Virus record (IMG/VR): IMGVR_UViG_3300025168_000001 | Source: a virus | Direction: 5' to 3' (one strand) | DNA: 64,000 bases | Shown here: positions 16,139 to 26,200 of the stretch, in pieces | Position numbering within the stretch: position 1 is the stretch's first letter | How the letters are laid out: every line of letters starts with the position of its first letter | The notes under the pieces: model-generated | What the model saw: only the letters and a program-made list of their open reading frames with translations | Told to the model about the DNA's origin: nothing | The model's database searches: none | Position numbers and translations under genes: made by a program

Positions 16139-17293
16139 ATGGAATCAAGAAAAATCAAAACTAGATTAGTAGGAAAAACAGAAGTTTTTCAAATGTTGGC
16201 TTTAGGAGAAGCTACAAAATTACCTGTACTTCTTTTAGGAGAACCTGGAGTAGGTAAAACTCAAGCTTTATTAGATTATGCAGCTTCAAAATATAATTAT
16301 AATAGAGATGAAGTACGTGAAAAGACTTTTGTTATCGAGTTAGATGAAGGAACAAAAACATCAGAAATTAAGGGACGTGTTAATATGAAATCTTTGTTAG
16401 AAGACAAAGAATATAAAATTGATGCTCCTATTGCTGATGCAGAGTTTGTTTTAATTAACGAAGTAGATAAAGGTACTTCTGGTGTTCGTAACACTTTACT
16501 TTCTGTTATGAGAGAGAAAGCAATATTTTATGGAAATGAGGTTAAAAAATGTGCGTGGCAAATCTTCGCAGGTTCTTGTAACGTAATTCCTAATGATGAG
16601 TTAGAAAACCCTTTCTGGGATCGTTTTGTTTTAACACAAAAAGTTGTTAGAATTGGGTCAGATAAAATGCAGGAAATATGGGAAGACAAGCATGGTGTGC
16701 AAGAAGTAGAACTTAACGTTCCTACTACGAAAGAGATTAATAATACTTCTATTGAAAAGAAGCATATGAAGAAATTTCTTACAGCAATTTACACATCCGC
16801 TTCTGATCGAACTGTATTTCATGTTCCTTTTATAACTAAAGCAGTTAAGTTAGTTTATAATTTAAGTGATATTGAAGCTATACTTAAAACTTGTGAGCTA
16901 ATAGCTCCTGGTAAACTAGGTGAATTATCGTCTAAGTTAGAGACTAAAAGAGAGAACAATGTTCGTTCTTTAGTTAGCTCTTTAGAAGATATACTTAAAG
17001 GTAATAATGAAGCTTATGCTCAATTATACATGGGGCAGGTTGCCGATGCTATTGTTGAAATGGGATCTGTAGGAAGCTATCATAATAAAGCTAAGGAATT
17101 AGGTGCAGAAGTTGCAACTATATTACGTAAATGCTATGACAGTAGTAGAGATTTAGAGCAAACTAATGCTTTAGCTATAGAATTGACAAGTAGACTTCAT
17201 AAGGCTACTGAAAACTATGACAATGTATTTGAAGAACTTAACGAGATAGACGGGTTAACGTTTGATGCTGTAAATGTGGAAAGTATACAGTAA
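16139..17293 (+). CDS. MoxR/CobS-like AAA+ ATPase
   Basis: LLLGEPGVGKTQ (Walker A) and FVLINEVDK (Walker B). Followed by a vWA partner gene. Confidence 0.75.
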   Translation: MESRKIKTRLVGKTEVFQMLALGEATKLPVLLLGEPGVGKTQALLDYAASKYNYNRDEVREKTFVIELDEGTKTSEIKGRVNMKSLLEDKEYKIDAPIADAEFVLINEVDKGTSGVRNTLLSVMREKAIFYGNEVKKCAWQIFAGSCNVIPNDELENPFWDRFVLTQKVVRIGSDKMQEIWEDKHGVQEVELNVPTTKEINNTSIEKKHMKKFLTAIYTSASDRTVFHVPFITKAVKLVYNLSDIEAILKTCELIAPGKLGELSSKLETKRENNVRSLVSSLEDILKGNNEAYAQLYMGQVADAIVEMGSVGSYHNKAKELGAEVATILRKCYDSSRDLEQTNALAIELTSRLHKATENYDNVFEELNEIDGLTFDAVNVESIQ

Positions 17294-17297
17294 TAAT

Positions 17298-17321
17298 AAA
17301 GGGGGTGTAATGCCCCCTTTT
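17298..17321 (+). terminator. intrinsic terminator
   Basis: AAAGGGGG (17298-17305) / CCCCCTTT (17313-17320), 7-nt loop, then a T run. Confidence 0.65.
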
Positions 17322-17338
17322 AATTTAAAAAATAAAAA

Positions 17339-18679
17339 ATGGAAACAAATTATAGTTTAAGACAAGGTAGAAGTTATTGGAATACCCAATCTTTCTACGA
17401 AAGTAGCAATACTGCTATGAGACCTTCTCAGGCAAGGTCTATTATAAAAAATGAGCCTGATAGTGATATAGCTAGTACAGTATATCAAAGATTATATAAT
17501 AAAAGTACAGCAAAATCTTTTATAAATGGAGAAGGAGCTTCTAGTTTAATGATGGATGCATTTAATCATTGGTATCAGCCTAGTAAAAATTATGATATTC
17601 AACCAGATAAATATTGGTGGCACTCTTTATTACAGAAAGTTGATAACCATCTATTACAATTTGCTACGAATGGTAAGGCAGGCTTTAGTTATGCAGCTGC
17701 TTCTCAAGTTATAGAAATTATTAACAAGTTATATAAAAAACATGGAGATGATTTAACAAATAAAATAGGAGAGTATAACAAATCTTTACAAAACGGAGAG
17801 CCTGCTCCAGACGGAGACTTTGAAAAAGATCTAGACTCTGCTGCTAACTCGGCAAAGAATAAGATTAAAAAAGATTTAGATAATCTGGATAAAACTTCTA
17901 AAACAGCAGGAAAAGGTAATGGTGTTGAAGATATCGAAATGATAGATATGATAACAGATCCTAGACTAGCTAAAATGGTAAGTATTAAAGAATCTCATAT
18001 AAGAAATTTTCTAAAAACAACTATAGATAGAGCTACACAAATGACTAGTGGTAAAGCTACTATTATAGAAGAATCTATATTTGATTCTGAATGTATAGAT
18101 GATCTTATAAATATAGAGAATTTTGCACATGTTGCTTTGTTTGATGATTTAACAACTAGATCTAAAAAGTATAATGTAAGTTTCGATGTTTATATAGATG
18201 ATTCAGGTTCTATGGATTCTCATTTTAACTTAGGAGGCTGGGACGGACCTACTGTTACATACAGAAATATGGCGAGAATGTTAGCTTTTAAATTATTAGA
18301 TATGCAGATATTGAGAGATACGTACTTATTTTCTCATGAAGACACTCTGACTAAAATAAAAAATGAGCATTTATTTTCTGCTCATATTGGTGGAGGAACT
18401 GATATTGCGCAATGTATTTATAATGCACAAAAAGCAGGCAGACCTGCTATTATAGTTACAGACGGTTGGGATAGAATTCCTGATGATTGTTATTATAAAG
18501 ACTGTTTTATATTAATCTTAGATTGCGCGCAAACAGATATATCATTTAAAAAGTTTGCTGAGAATAAACAAATTATATTTTATAATGGAACCTTTTCAGA
18601 AGCTATGATAGGACAAGATGAATATAGAGGTGAATGTATAATGTCTGTTGAGGCGTATAACAGAATGCAGGTAAATTAG
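17339..18679 (+). CDS. von Willebrand factor A (vWA) domain protein
   Basis: C-terminal FDVYIDDSGSM (MIDAS DxSxS) and AIIVTDGWD. Paired with the upstream MoxR-like ATPase. Confidence 0.7.
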   Translation: METNYSLRQGRSYWNTQSFYESSNTAMRPSQARSIIKNEPDSDIASTVYQRLYNKSTAKSFINGEGASSLMMDAFNHWYQPSKNYDIQPDKYWWHSLLQKVDNHLLQFATNGKAGFSYAAASQVIEIINKLYKKHGDDLTNKIGEYNKSLQNGEPAPDGDFEKDLDSAANSAKNKIKKDLDNLDKTSKTAGKGNGVEDIEMIDMITDPRLAKMVSIKESHIRNFLKTTIDRATQMTSGKATIIEESIFDSECIDDLINIENFAHVALFDDLTTRSKKYNVSFDVYIDDSGSMDSHFNLGGWDGPTVTYRNMARMLAFKLLDMQILRDTYLFSHEDTLTKIKNEHLFSAHIGGGTDIAQCIYNAQKAGRPAIIVTDGWDRIPDDCYYKDCFILILDCAQTDISFKKFAENKQIIFYNGTFSEAMIGQDEYRGECIMSVEAYNRMQVN

Positions 18680-18688
18680 TATTAATTA

Positions 18689-18720
18689 GAGGTGGTCAAC
18701 TTATCTGACCACCTCATTTT
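18689..18720 (+). terminator. intrinsic terminator
   Basis: Perfect 10-bp stem GAGGTGGTCA (18689-18698) / TGACCACCTC (18706-18715), 7-nt loop, then ATTTT. Confidence 0.75.
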
Positions 18721-18731
18721 AAATTTTAAAA

Positions 18732-19061
18732 ATGAAAACAGATTATCAAATCAAAGAAATAATGACAAAAGTAACTAATCTTTTATTAGTTAAAAATGCT
18801 AGCTATGGAGACTCAGCTACAAAGCCCTGCAATATATTTGCAAAAGGTTCTGCTATAGAAAATATATGTGCACGAATAGATGATAAACTTGCACGTATTA
18901 AAAATAAGGGTTTAGATGAGTCTACATATGACACAATAGATGATTTAATGGGATATTTATGCTTATTAAAAATTGCTATTGCAGAGGACGCATTAAGTGG
19001 TGCAGAACTAGAGTTAAAAGAGTTAAATGGTCGTATCTTAAAAGAATCTAAAACTAAATAA
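18732..19061 (+). CDS. MazG-like / DUF1599-like all-alpha protein
   Basis: KNASYGDS...RIDDKLARIKN...DTIDDLMGYLCLLKIAI resembles the DUF1599 / MazG-type pattern (YG...DK..R...D...D..nY). From memory only. Confidence 0.35.
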   Translation: MKTDYQIKEIMTKVTNLLLVKNASYGDSATKPCNIFAKGSAIENICARIDDKLARIKNKGLDESTYDTIDDLMGYLCLLKIAIAEDALSGAELELKELNGRILKESKTK

Positions 19062-19063
19062 AT

Positions 19064-19195
19064 ATGGAAGATCTAATTTTTACAATAACTAGTCTTGTAA
19101 TATTTATGTTAGGAGTAGTAACAGGAATTTACTGGTCCTCTCAAATAGAAAAAGACATTAAAAACAGAACGAATAATGATAACAAAAATAACTAG
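19064..19195 (+). CDS. possible 43-aa membrane peptide
   Basis: ATG 19064: MEDLIFTITSLVIFMLGVVTGIYWSSQIEKDIKNRTNNDNKNN. One TM helix. Overlaps the next gene start by 20 nt. Below the track cut-off. Confidence 0.3.
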   Translation: MEDLIFTITSLVIFMLGVVTGIYWSSQIEKDIKNRTNNDNKNN

Positions 19196-20036
19196 AAAGT
19201 CTATGATGATCAGACCTTCGGGAAGATCTACAGATTTTATATCTCCTAGTTTTGGATACGGTTGTTTATACAATTGTTCTTATTGTTACATGAAACGTCA
19301 CCAACCTGAGGGTTTATCTATTGCTGTAAATGAAAACGATATATTAACAGCAGTTAATAATCACGCTTTCTTTACTCCTGTAGATAAACCTAATCAGACT
19401 CATCCCACTTTTACTACTTATGATATTTCATGTAACGAAGATTTTGCATTACATGCGAAACATCATAAGTGGAAAAAGATATTTCAATTTTTTAAAGACC
19501 ACTCTGTTGCTATGGGTAGTTTTGCTACTAAATATGTAAATGCTGACTTACTTACTTTTAATTCTGAAGGAAAGATCCGTATTAGGTTTAGTCTGATGCC
19601 ACAAAAAATGGCAGATATACATGAACCTCATACATCTAAAATTATAGATAGGATAAAAGCTATTAACACATTTATAAAAGCGGGATACGATGTACATGTA
19701 AACTTTAGTCCAGTTATATTATATAAAAACTGGCAAAAAGATTATGAACAATTATTTAAAAGCCTTAATACAATTGTAGAAGAGGAGTACAAACATAAAG
19801 TTTTAGCTGAGGTTATATTTTTAACACATAATCAAGATAAACACTTTAGAAATTTAGAGAAGCATCCGAAAACAGAAAAACATCTCTGGGTACCTGAAAT
19901 ACAAGAAACTAAAACTTCTCAGTATGGTGGTAAAAATGTAAGATACAAAGCTAAATTAAAACAAAAATTTATTAATCAATTTATTGAACTCCATGATAGT
20001 ATAATACCATGGAATACAATCAGATACATATTTTAA
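19176..20036 (+). CDS. radical SAM enzyme, spore-photoproduct-lyase (SplB/COG1533)-like
   Basis: FGYGCLYNCSYCYM carries the CxxxCxxC 4Fe-4S/SAM motif near the N-terminus. Size is 286 aa. Confidence 0.65.
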   Translation: MITKITRKSMMIRPSGRSTDFISPSFGYGCLYNCSYCYMKRHQPEGLSIAVNENDILTAVNNHAFFTPVDKPNQTHPTFTTYDISCNEDFALHAKHHKWKKIFQFFKDHSVAMGSFATKYVNADLLTFNSEGKIRIRFSLMPQKMADIHEPHTSKIIDRIKAINTFIKAGYDVHVNFSPVILYKNWQKDYEQLFKSLNTIVEEEYKHKVLAEVIFLTHNQDKHFRNLEKHPKTEKHLWVPEIQETKTSQYGGKNVRYKAKLKQKFINQFIELHDSIIPWNTIRYIF

Positions 20037-20038
20037 TT

Positions 20039-20227
20039 ATGGAAGGATATAACGAAGAAACAAAAGACTATCATTCATTTGCAATGCAGTTTGGTTGGGG
20101 CATGTCTCCTATAAACAGACTTTCTGCGCGAAAACAATATGCAAAAAAGAAAAGATATTCTTATGTGGACAAGAGAACCAAAAAATACGGTGCTCAACGA
20201 ACTGAATTATTAAAAAAAAATAAATAA
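20039..20227 (+). CDS. small basic hypothetical protein
   Basis: The track ORF starts at 20009, overlapping the upstream gene by 28 nt. The in-frame ATG at 20039 lies 2 nt after the upstream stop and is preferred. K/R-rich C-terminus. Confidence 0.45.
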   Translation: MEGYNEETKDYHSFAMQFGWGMSPINRLSARKQYAKKKRYSYVDKRTKKYGAQRTELLKKNK

Positions 20228-20228
20228 C

Positions 20229-20558
20229 ATGGCATTTCAAGCATTAAAAACAAAGTTGTATATAAAAGTAAAAGATATACTACAGCAATACCCTAAAACT
20301 AGGGAAAATGACACAGCCTTAATGGCAAAACTATGGGAAGAAGATATTACTACAGGAGTAGTACAACCTTCTTCTGCTAAAGGTTTTTTACAAACTTTAG
20401 AAGCAAACGCTTTAACCAATTGGGAAAGCGCTACACGGGTAAGACGTAAAATCATGGAGGTACATCCTGAACTAAGAGGATTATCTTATGTTATGAGAAA
20501 AAGCAAAGCTCAAACTGTAAAAAAGCAGATTAAGGCTTGGCCTAATAACATAAAATGA
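20229..20558 (+). CDS. hypothetical protein
   Basis: 109-aa ATG ORF abutting the previous stop. No motif. Confidence 0.55.
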   Translation: MAFQALKTKLYIKVKDILQQYPKTRENDTALMAKLWEEDITTGVVQPSSAKGFLQTLEANALTNWESATRVRRKIMEVHPELRGLSYVMRKSKAQTVKKQIKAWPNNIK

Positions 20559-20604
20559 TTACATTTGTTACCCCTTTTAATTAACTAATTAATTTATTAA
20601 ACAT

Positions 20605-22458
20605 ATGGATAAGAGTAATCAAATACTTAGTGACATTGTTGTATTCAACAAATACGCAAAGTATTTACCAAAAAAGAAAAGAAGAGAGACTTGGGAAGAA
20701 ATTGTAACCCGTTATACAGATATGATGATAACGAAATACCCTGAGCAAAGAGAACAGATACTAGATTACAAACCATATTTAGTAGATAAAAAAGTTCTTA
20801 TGTCAATGAGAGCTGCACAGTTTGCGGGACCTGCGATTGTAAAGTCGGAATCTCGTGTTTATAACTGTGCTTATTTACCTATTGATGATTATAGAGGATT
20901 TTCAGAGGCAATGTTTTTGTTACTTGGTGGAACTGGAGTAGGTTATTCTGTCCAGAATCATCATGTAGCAAAGCTTCCTGAAATTGTTAAACCTTTAAAA
21001 TCACAAAAGTATTTAGTTGGTGATTCTATTGAAGGATGGGCAGACGCAGTTAGACATTTAATGTCAGCATATTTTGGATTCCGAAAGACTAAACCTGTAT
21101 TTGATTATACAGATATTAGACCTAAAGGATCACGGTTAGTTACTGCTGGGGGAAAAGCTCCAGGTCCTGACCCATTAAAAATATGCCTATTTAATATAGA
21201 ATTATTACTAGAAAAAAAGAAAGAAGGAACTAAGTTAAGCGCTCTTGAAGTTCATGATATAGTTTGTTATATAGCTGATGCTGTACTAGCAGGTGGTATA
21301 CGAAGAGCAGCTCTTATATCATTATTCTCTGCTGGAGATGAGGAAATGATTTCGAGTAAATCAGGTAATTGGTGGGAAACAAATCCACAAAGAGGTCGTG
21401 CTAACAATTCAGCAGTTTTATTAAGACATAAAATTACTAAAAAATTCTTTCTTGGATTATGGAAAAGAATTCAAGCTAGTGGATCAGGTGAGCCAGGCGT
21501 ATATTTTTCTAATGACAAAGATTGGGGAACTAACCCGTGTTGTGAGATCGCGCTGCGCCCTTTTCAGTTTTGTAATTTAACAGAAATAAATGCAGGTGAT
21601 ATAAAAGGACAAGAAGACCTTAATAAACGTGCTGTAGTAGCTGCTTATTTTGGCACATTACAAGCAGGATTCACTAATTTCCATTACTTAAGACGTATTT
21701 GGCAGGAAACTACCGAGAAAGATGCGTTAGTTGGTATAGGAATGACAGGAATATGTAATGGTACAGTTCTTGCACTTAACTTAAGACAGGGAGCAGAGGC
21801 TGCTATTATGTCTAATGCTGATACAGCAGAAAAGATAGGTATTAGAAGAGCTGCACGAGTAACAACAGTTAAACCTTCAGGTACAACTAGTTGTGTAGTA
21901 GGAACTTCTTCAGGTATACATGCATGGCATTCACCTTATTACATAAGACGTATGCAATGTACTAAAGATGAACAGTTATATAAGTATTTAGCTAAAAATC
22001 ACTCTGAATTAGTAGAAGACATGACTTTACTTCCTAATTCTGCAGTAATAGAATTACCTCAACGCGCTCCTAAAACGGGAATTGCTAGGAATTTTGAAAC
22101 TGCAAAACAAATGCTAGATAGAGTACAGAAGTTTAATACAGAATGGGTAAGACCTGGTCACATTAAAGGTAACAATACACATAATGTATCAGCAACTGTA
22201 TCTATAAAGAAAGAAGAATGGGATATGGTAGGAAACTGGATGTGGGAAAACAGAGAAACATTTAATGGATTATCTGTTTTACCTTACAATGGCGGCACTT
22301 ATATACAGGCCCCTTTTGAAGAGATAGATGAGAAAAAGTTTAATACTATGTACAGAAAATTGACAGAAATTGATTTAACTAAAGTAAAAGAAATAGAAGA
22401 TAATACAGATTTACAGGGAGAACTAGCATGTGCAGGAGGAAGTTGTGAGATTACATAA
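20605..22458 (+). CDS. nrdJ: class II (B12-dependent) ribonucleotide reductase
   Basis: GTNPCCEIALRPFQFCNLTEIN matches the class II active-site block (NPCGE...CNL..IN). A C-terminal redox cysteine pair is present in CAGGSCEIT. No beta-subunit gene nearby. Confidence 0.8.
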   Translation: MDKSNQILSDIVVFNKYAKYLPKKKRRETWEEIVTRYTDMMITKYPEQREQILDYKPYLVDKKVLMSMRAAQFAGPAIVKSESRVYNCAYLPIDDYRGFSEAMFLLLGGTGVGYSVQNHHVAKLPEIVKPLKSQKYLVGDSIEGWADAVRHLMSAYFGFRKTKPVFDYTDIRPKGSRLVTAGGKAPGPDPLKICLFNIELLLEKKKEGTKLSALEVHDIVCYIADAVLAGGIRRAALISLFSAGDEEMISSKSGNWWETNPQRGRANNSAVLLRHKITKKFFLGLWKRIQASGSGEPGVYFSNDKDWGTNPCCEIALRPFQFCNLTEINAGDIKGQEDLNKRAVVAAYFGTLQAGFTNFHYLRRIWQETTEKDALVGIGMTGICNGTVLALNLRQGAEAAIMSNADTAEKIGIRRAARVTTVKPSGTTSCVVGTSSGIHAWHSPYYIRRMQCTKDEQLYKYLAKNHSELVEDMTLLPNSAVIELPQRAPKTGIARNFETAKQMLDRVQKFNTEWVRPGHIKGNNTHNVSATVSIKKEEWDMVGNWMWENRETFNGLSVLPYNGGTYIQAPFEEIDEKKFNTMYRKLTEIDLTKVKEIEDNTDLQGELACAGGSCEIT

Positions 22459-22489
22459 TTTTTTATATATTTGCTAAATAAATAAACAA

Positions 22490-22678
22490 ATGGACAAACC
22501 ACTTATATTTAAAGATATGGACCTTTCTCCTAAAAGAGGAGAGAACGAATCCTATGAAGATTACAAGCTTAGACGATACAACAACAATACACTAATTAGA
22601 TCGTATATTAAGCATGGATATCTTGCATGGATGGGTGGAGCAGGTACCTATATTAGATCAAGAGATGGAGACCTTTAA
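22490..22678 (+). CDS. hypothetical small protein
   Basis: 62-aa ATG ORF with no motif. Its 3' end overlaps the next ORF in another frame. Confidence 0.45.
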   Translation: MDKPLIFKDMDLSPKRGENESYEDYKLRRYNNNTLIRSYIKHGYLAWMGGAGTYIRSRDGDL

Positions 22679-23105
22679 AGTTCCTATCAAAAGTATATGG
22701 GGAAACTTTAGAGAGTTGAGGTGGTTTGAAAGACAGATGAAACAAACAGTATCATTTTGTAATGATAAAACTAAAAAGCAGCGAAAAGGTTTAGTATATT
22801 CGTATGATTTTGAAGCTTTAGAAAAAGATTTATTAGACGATACTGTTACAGATCAACCTATTGAAGTTTTAGAAGCACTAAGTGCTTCTGAGATTCCTGA
22901 GGAAGGAGAAGATAAAAATAGATGTTTAGGAAAATATATGAGATATACTAAATATTTTACTGATTACAATTACATAGTTAAAGATGGTAATCATAGATGT
23001 TATATCTTAGAGAAAATTTACGGAGGGGACCATATGATAGAATGTGTTTGGGCAGAAAAACAAGTTAATGATATGGGACTTAAAAATATTAGGGAGTTGC
23101 GATAG
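22665..23105 (+). CDS. ParB/Srx-fold nuclease-like protein
   Basis: IVKDGNHRCYILEKI fits the ParB N-terminal DGxHR box. The track start at 22614 overlaps the upstream ORF by 65 nt; the in-frame ATG at 22665 (METFKV) reduces this to 14 nt. Confidence 0.5.
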   Translation: METFKVPIKSIWGNFRELRWFERQMKQTVSFCNDKTKKQRKGLVYSYDFEALEKDLLDDTVTDQPIEVLEALSASEIPEEGEDKNRCLGKYMRYTKYFTDYNYIVKDGNHRCYILEKIYGGDHMIECVWAEKQVNDMGLKNIRELR

Positions 23106-23161
23106 CTTCGGCCCTAGCTTGGGGTAGTTTTGTGATTGGTTTTACCTATACCCAGCATAAG

Positions 23162-23196
23162 AAAGGCTAGTAATTAATATTACTAGCCTTTTTTTT
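23162..23196. terminator. bidirectional intrinsic terminator between convergent modules
   Basis: Perfect stem GGCTAGTAAT (23165-23174) / ATTACTAGCC (23179-23188), flanked by AAA upstream and T8 downstream. It lies between the last + gene and the last - gene. Confidence 0.75.
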
Positions 23197-23223
23197 ACCT
23201 TATAGACGTAATCTTCTTCTTCG

Positions 23224-26200
23224 TTAATCCCTATAGTGGTAAGTTAAAATATCTTTTACATATTTATGACGATTGATTGCTTTGGACCACGGCACTACAT
23301 CAAACAATGCTTTTTGTATTTTTGTTTCTCCTTTTCTAGACCCTGCTTTATACCTTTCCCATTCTCCTCCCCAAGTATCACTACCAAATTGTTCCATAAG
23401 AGTCCATATACGTTCTATAAAAGTTGTAGTAGTTGCTGGAGACTGTAACAATCTTGCAGCTTCCCATGGATTTATATAGGCCATTAGCTCTGTTTGAAGC
23501 CTAGCCATAAAGAATGCATACATATAATACATATCATCTTCATCGTCTCCTCGTTTTTTCATTCCTTGTGCAGCATACATTAAAGTTACAGCAAGCCCTA
23601 ATTCAAAAACTGTTTTTCTAATACCAGCCTTTTCATGTGCAGACATGTTTCCCCATTCTTCTTTTGACATAGATAAAATACCTTTCTTTACTTTATAAGT
23701 ATCATCATGTAATCTAGCAAACTTTTGTCCTAGCTTTTTAAACCCGTGGTATGCAGAAAAAGCAAAATATTTTAAAGCTGTTACATATTTACCTTCTTTA
23801 AGTGTATTTAAAATAGGATCATATATACGAGTTGCATTTTTTGAAAAGTCCTTAGAATCTTTAAAGAAAGATGCATTACCCCTAGTTCTAGCAAACTCTC
23901 CAAAATTAGTAAACAATTGAAATAAGGCGCTTCCTATACCCTGAAGTCTCTGCTTGATACCTACAGGATAAAACTTTCTCATTGTTTCTAGTCCCTGCCC
24001 TACAGCTTGTCTTCTCATAGGAGGAGCATTTCTTAATGAGTATGCCCCATGTTCCATTTCATTTATCTTTTGTATTATATGAGTTAATCTACTTATTGTT
24101 TGCATATTCTCTTCCTCTTGCTGTGTACGTAAACTCATATCAAGATTCATATTACCATGTAACGGAGCTTTATAATAACTTTCGCCAACTCTATATTCTA
24201 CCTGCGCAACTTTTTTATCTAAATTTACATCAAAAGCTCTGATACCATCTTTAATTTTTTTTCTAGAATAAGCTTTTGCAAGATCCATGGCCTCTTCTCG
24301 TTTTTTTGTAATACCTTTACCACTTTTATGTATATAATCCCCCTCCTTGTTTAGAACTTTTGTTTCGGCTAAAACCGTTAACATAACTTCATGGTGCATA
24401 TTATGCTCTGCCAGATTATTAAGCCCATGTAAAGTATTACTATTTAAAAGAGCTTTCATTTTATTATTATAGGCGTATACATGGTTATGCATACTAAAAT
24501 CATTCATAGGATCAAATAGTAGTCCTAATAAATTTGTTTTAGATCTTGGAAAAGCTCTTCCTATATCTGCAATTATGTTAGCTTCATCCATATGATAATA
24601 TACAGCTCCTTTAGCCATTGATTTAGGACTAAAGAATTCATTACCTATAGATTCAGAAAGATGTAAAGTTCCACCTAGTAATCTATTACTTATTGTTGAC
24701 ATCCAGTTTGCTGATAGTAAAACAGTACTTGTAGCACTTAACCATAAATTCCATAGCTGTCTAATAGAAATAGGGCCCACTGTTATTCCAGCTTCTTCTA
24801 CAGTTTCATTAAACATCCTTTGAGCAACTAAATCCATAGCATTATTATAAGTATTGTTAGCTTCTTGAGACTCTTCTTTTTGAAGAACTTTTCCTATGCT
24901 CTCACTTGCAGCACTAGACATTTGTTTAAATACTCTTTGCCAACCTTTAGTCTTAATTAATTTTCTACTATGTACCAAATTTAATAACATCTCTATATAT
25001 GGAAGTATCTTATTCTTCTCATTATAATTTATAGAAACATAGTTACCAACTAATATGTTTTGATGTATATGCATTTGCTGATCTGCAAGTTCTATAGTCT
25101 TTGTAAAAAATATAGGAATATGTGTTAATTTAGAATCTACAACGTCCCCTGTAGCCTTCAATTGTTGCCCACTTTCAATATCTTTACCTCTCTGGTACGT
25201 AAAAATTTCTTTTATGTAATTCTTTGTCCAGTTATTCCACATTTCTCCGATACTATTAGGGCCTGTCATTACATCATCAAATCTTTCCCACATTAATTTT
25301 CTAATAGCATCATACTTATATCTAGTTTTAAACTCTTCAGGACGTGCAGAATCTCTCATTTTCATTCCTTTCAGTACAAACTTTTTGTAATACTGATAGA
25401 TAGGATTATTAGGATCTGTTGCTTTTAATTTATTAAGCTCTTCATATTGTTGAGACTTATAACTTTCTACAGGATGTAAATTAAACTCTATGTTTACACT
25501 GTTTAGAAGTCTTTTTAAATTAGCCCTATCCGACTTTATTCTATTCATATTTGGAACATGGTATAGATCTTCAAAATTAAATAGTTCGTCTCTTAGAGTG
25601 TTCTCTAAAGACACTGCATCAGATATCATAGATGCTCTTGTTTCCATTAATTCATATACCTGCTGTTCTAATTTATTTATTGTATTTATTTGTTTAGGTG
25701 TAGCAGATTTAAGATCCTGAAGACTTTTTATTACAGCAGATTTCTTTAAAATAGCTTTTTCTAAATCTCTAACCCTTTCATATGCTACAGATATCCTATC
25801 TTTTTGACCTTTAATTCCTGCGTCCTGATCATAAGATTTATTGGAGTGATATAATTTCCTTAGAGCTGTATAAACTCTGTTTATTTTTCTATTATTTGCA
25901 CTTGCAGCTTTATCTATTTGGCCTAAAGCATTTACTGTTGCTTTCTTTTTTAAAGCATACATTGCTTTCTTTATAGTTTCGAGATCTTTATGCCAATTAC
26001 TATGCCATCTATGTGTTATCCAGCCGCTACCATTTTTACTAAGATTCCCTTTGTCATCATAGGATCTTTCACCAATAAGAGAAAAGAAATCCGATAAATT
26101 ATTCTCATTCTTACCTAAAGAATTCATATACTTCTTATACTCTTGGAAAAGTATATTACCTTCATGTGCAAATTTAGTCCATCTTAATCTTCCTGTGTCT

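Noticed and set aside
20560-20567. Bacteroidota-type -7 promoter boxes TAnnTTTG (20560-20567, 22466-22473, and the - strand copy at 59551-59558)
   Set aside because: They sit at plausible distances from starts. However, at this base composition the 8-mer pattern is expected dozens of times per strand in 64 kb, and I could not pair them with -33 elements. Not reported as features.
20559-20604. Cobalamin riboswitch upstream of the B12-dependent RNR
   Set aside because: The spacer is only 46 nt and AT-rich, too short for a B12 aptamer, and no B12-box-like sequence is seen.
5974-22502. Antisense ORFs within + strand genes (5974-6195, 8441-8638, 11730-12017, 15863-16129, 16297-16494, 20237-20455, 22299-22502)
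   Set aside because: Each lies wholly or largely inside a motif-supported or tightly packed + strand gene. All are short (65-95 aa) and have low-complexity Ser/Leu/Ile-rich translations typical of shadow frames in AT-rich DNA.
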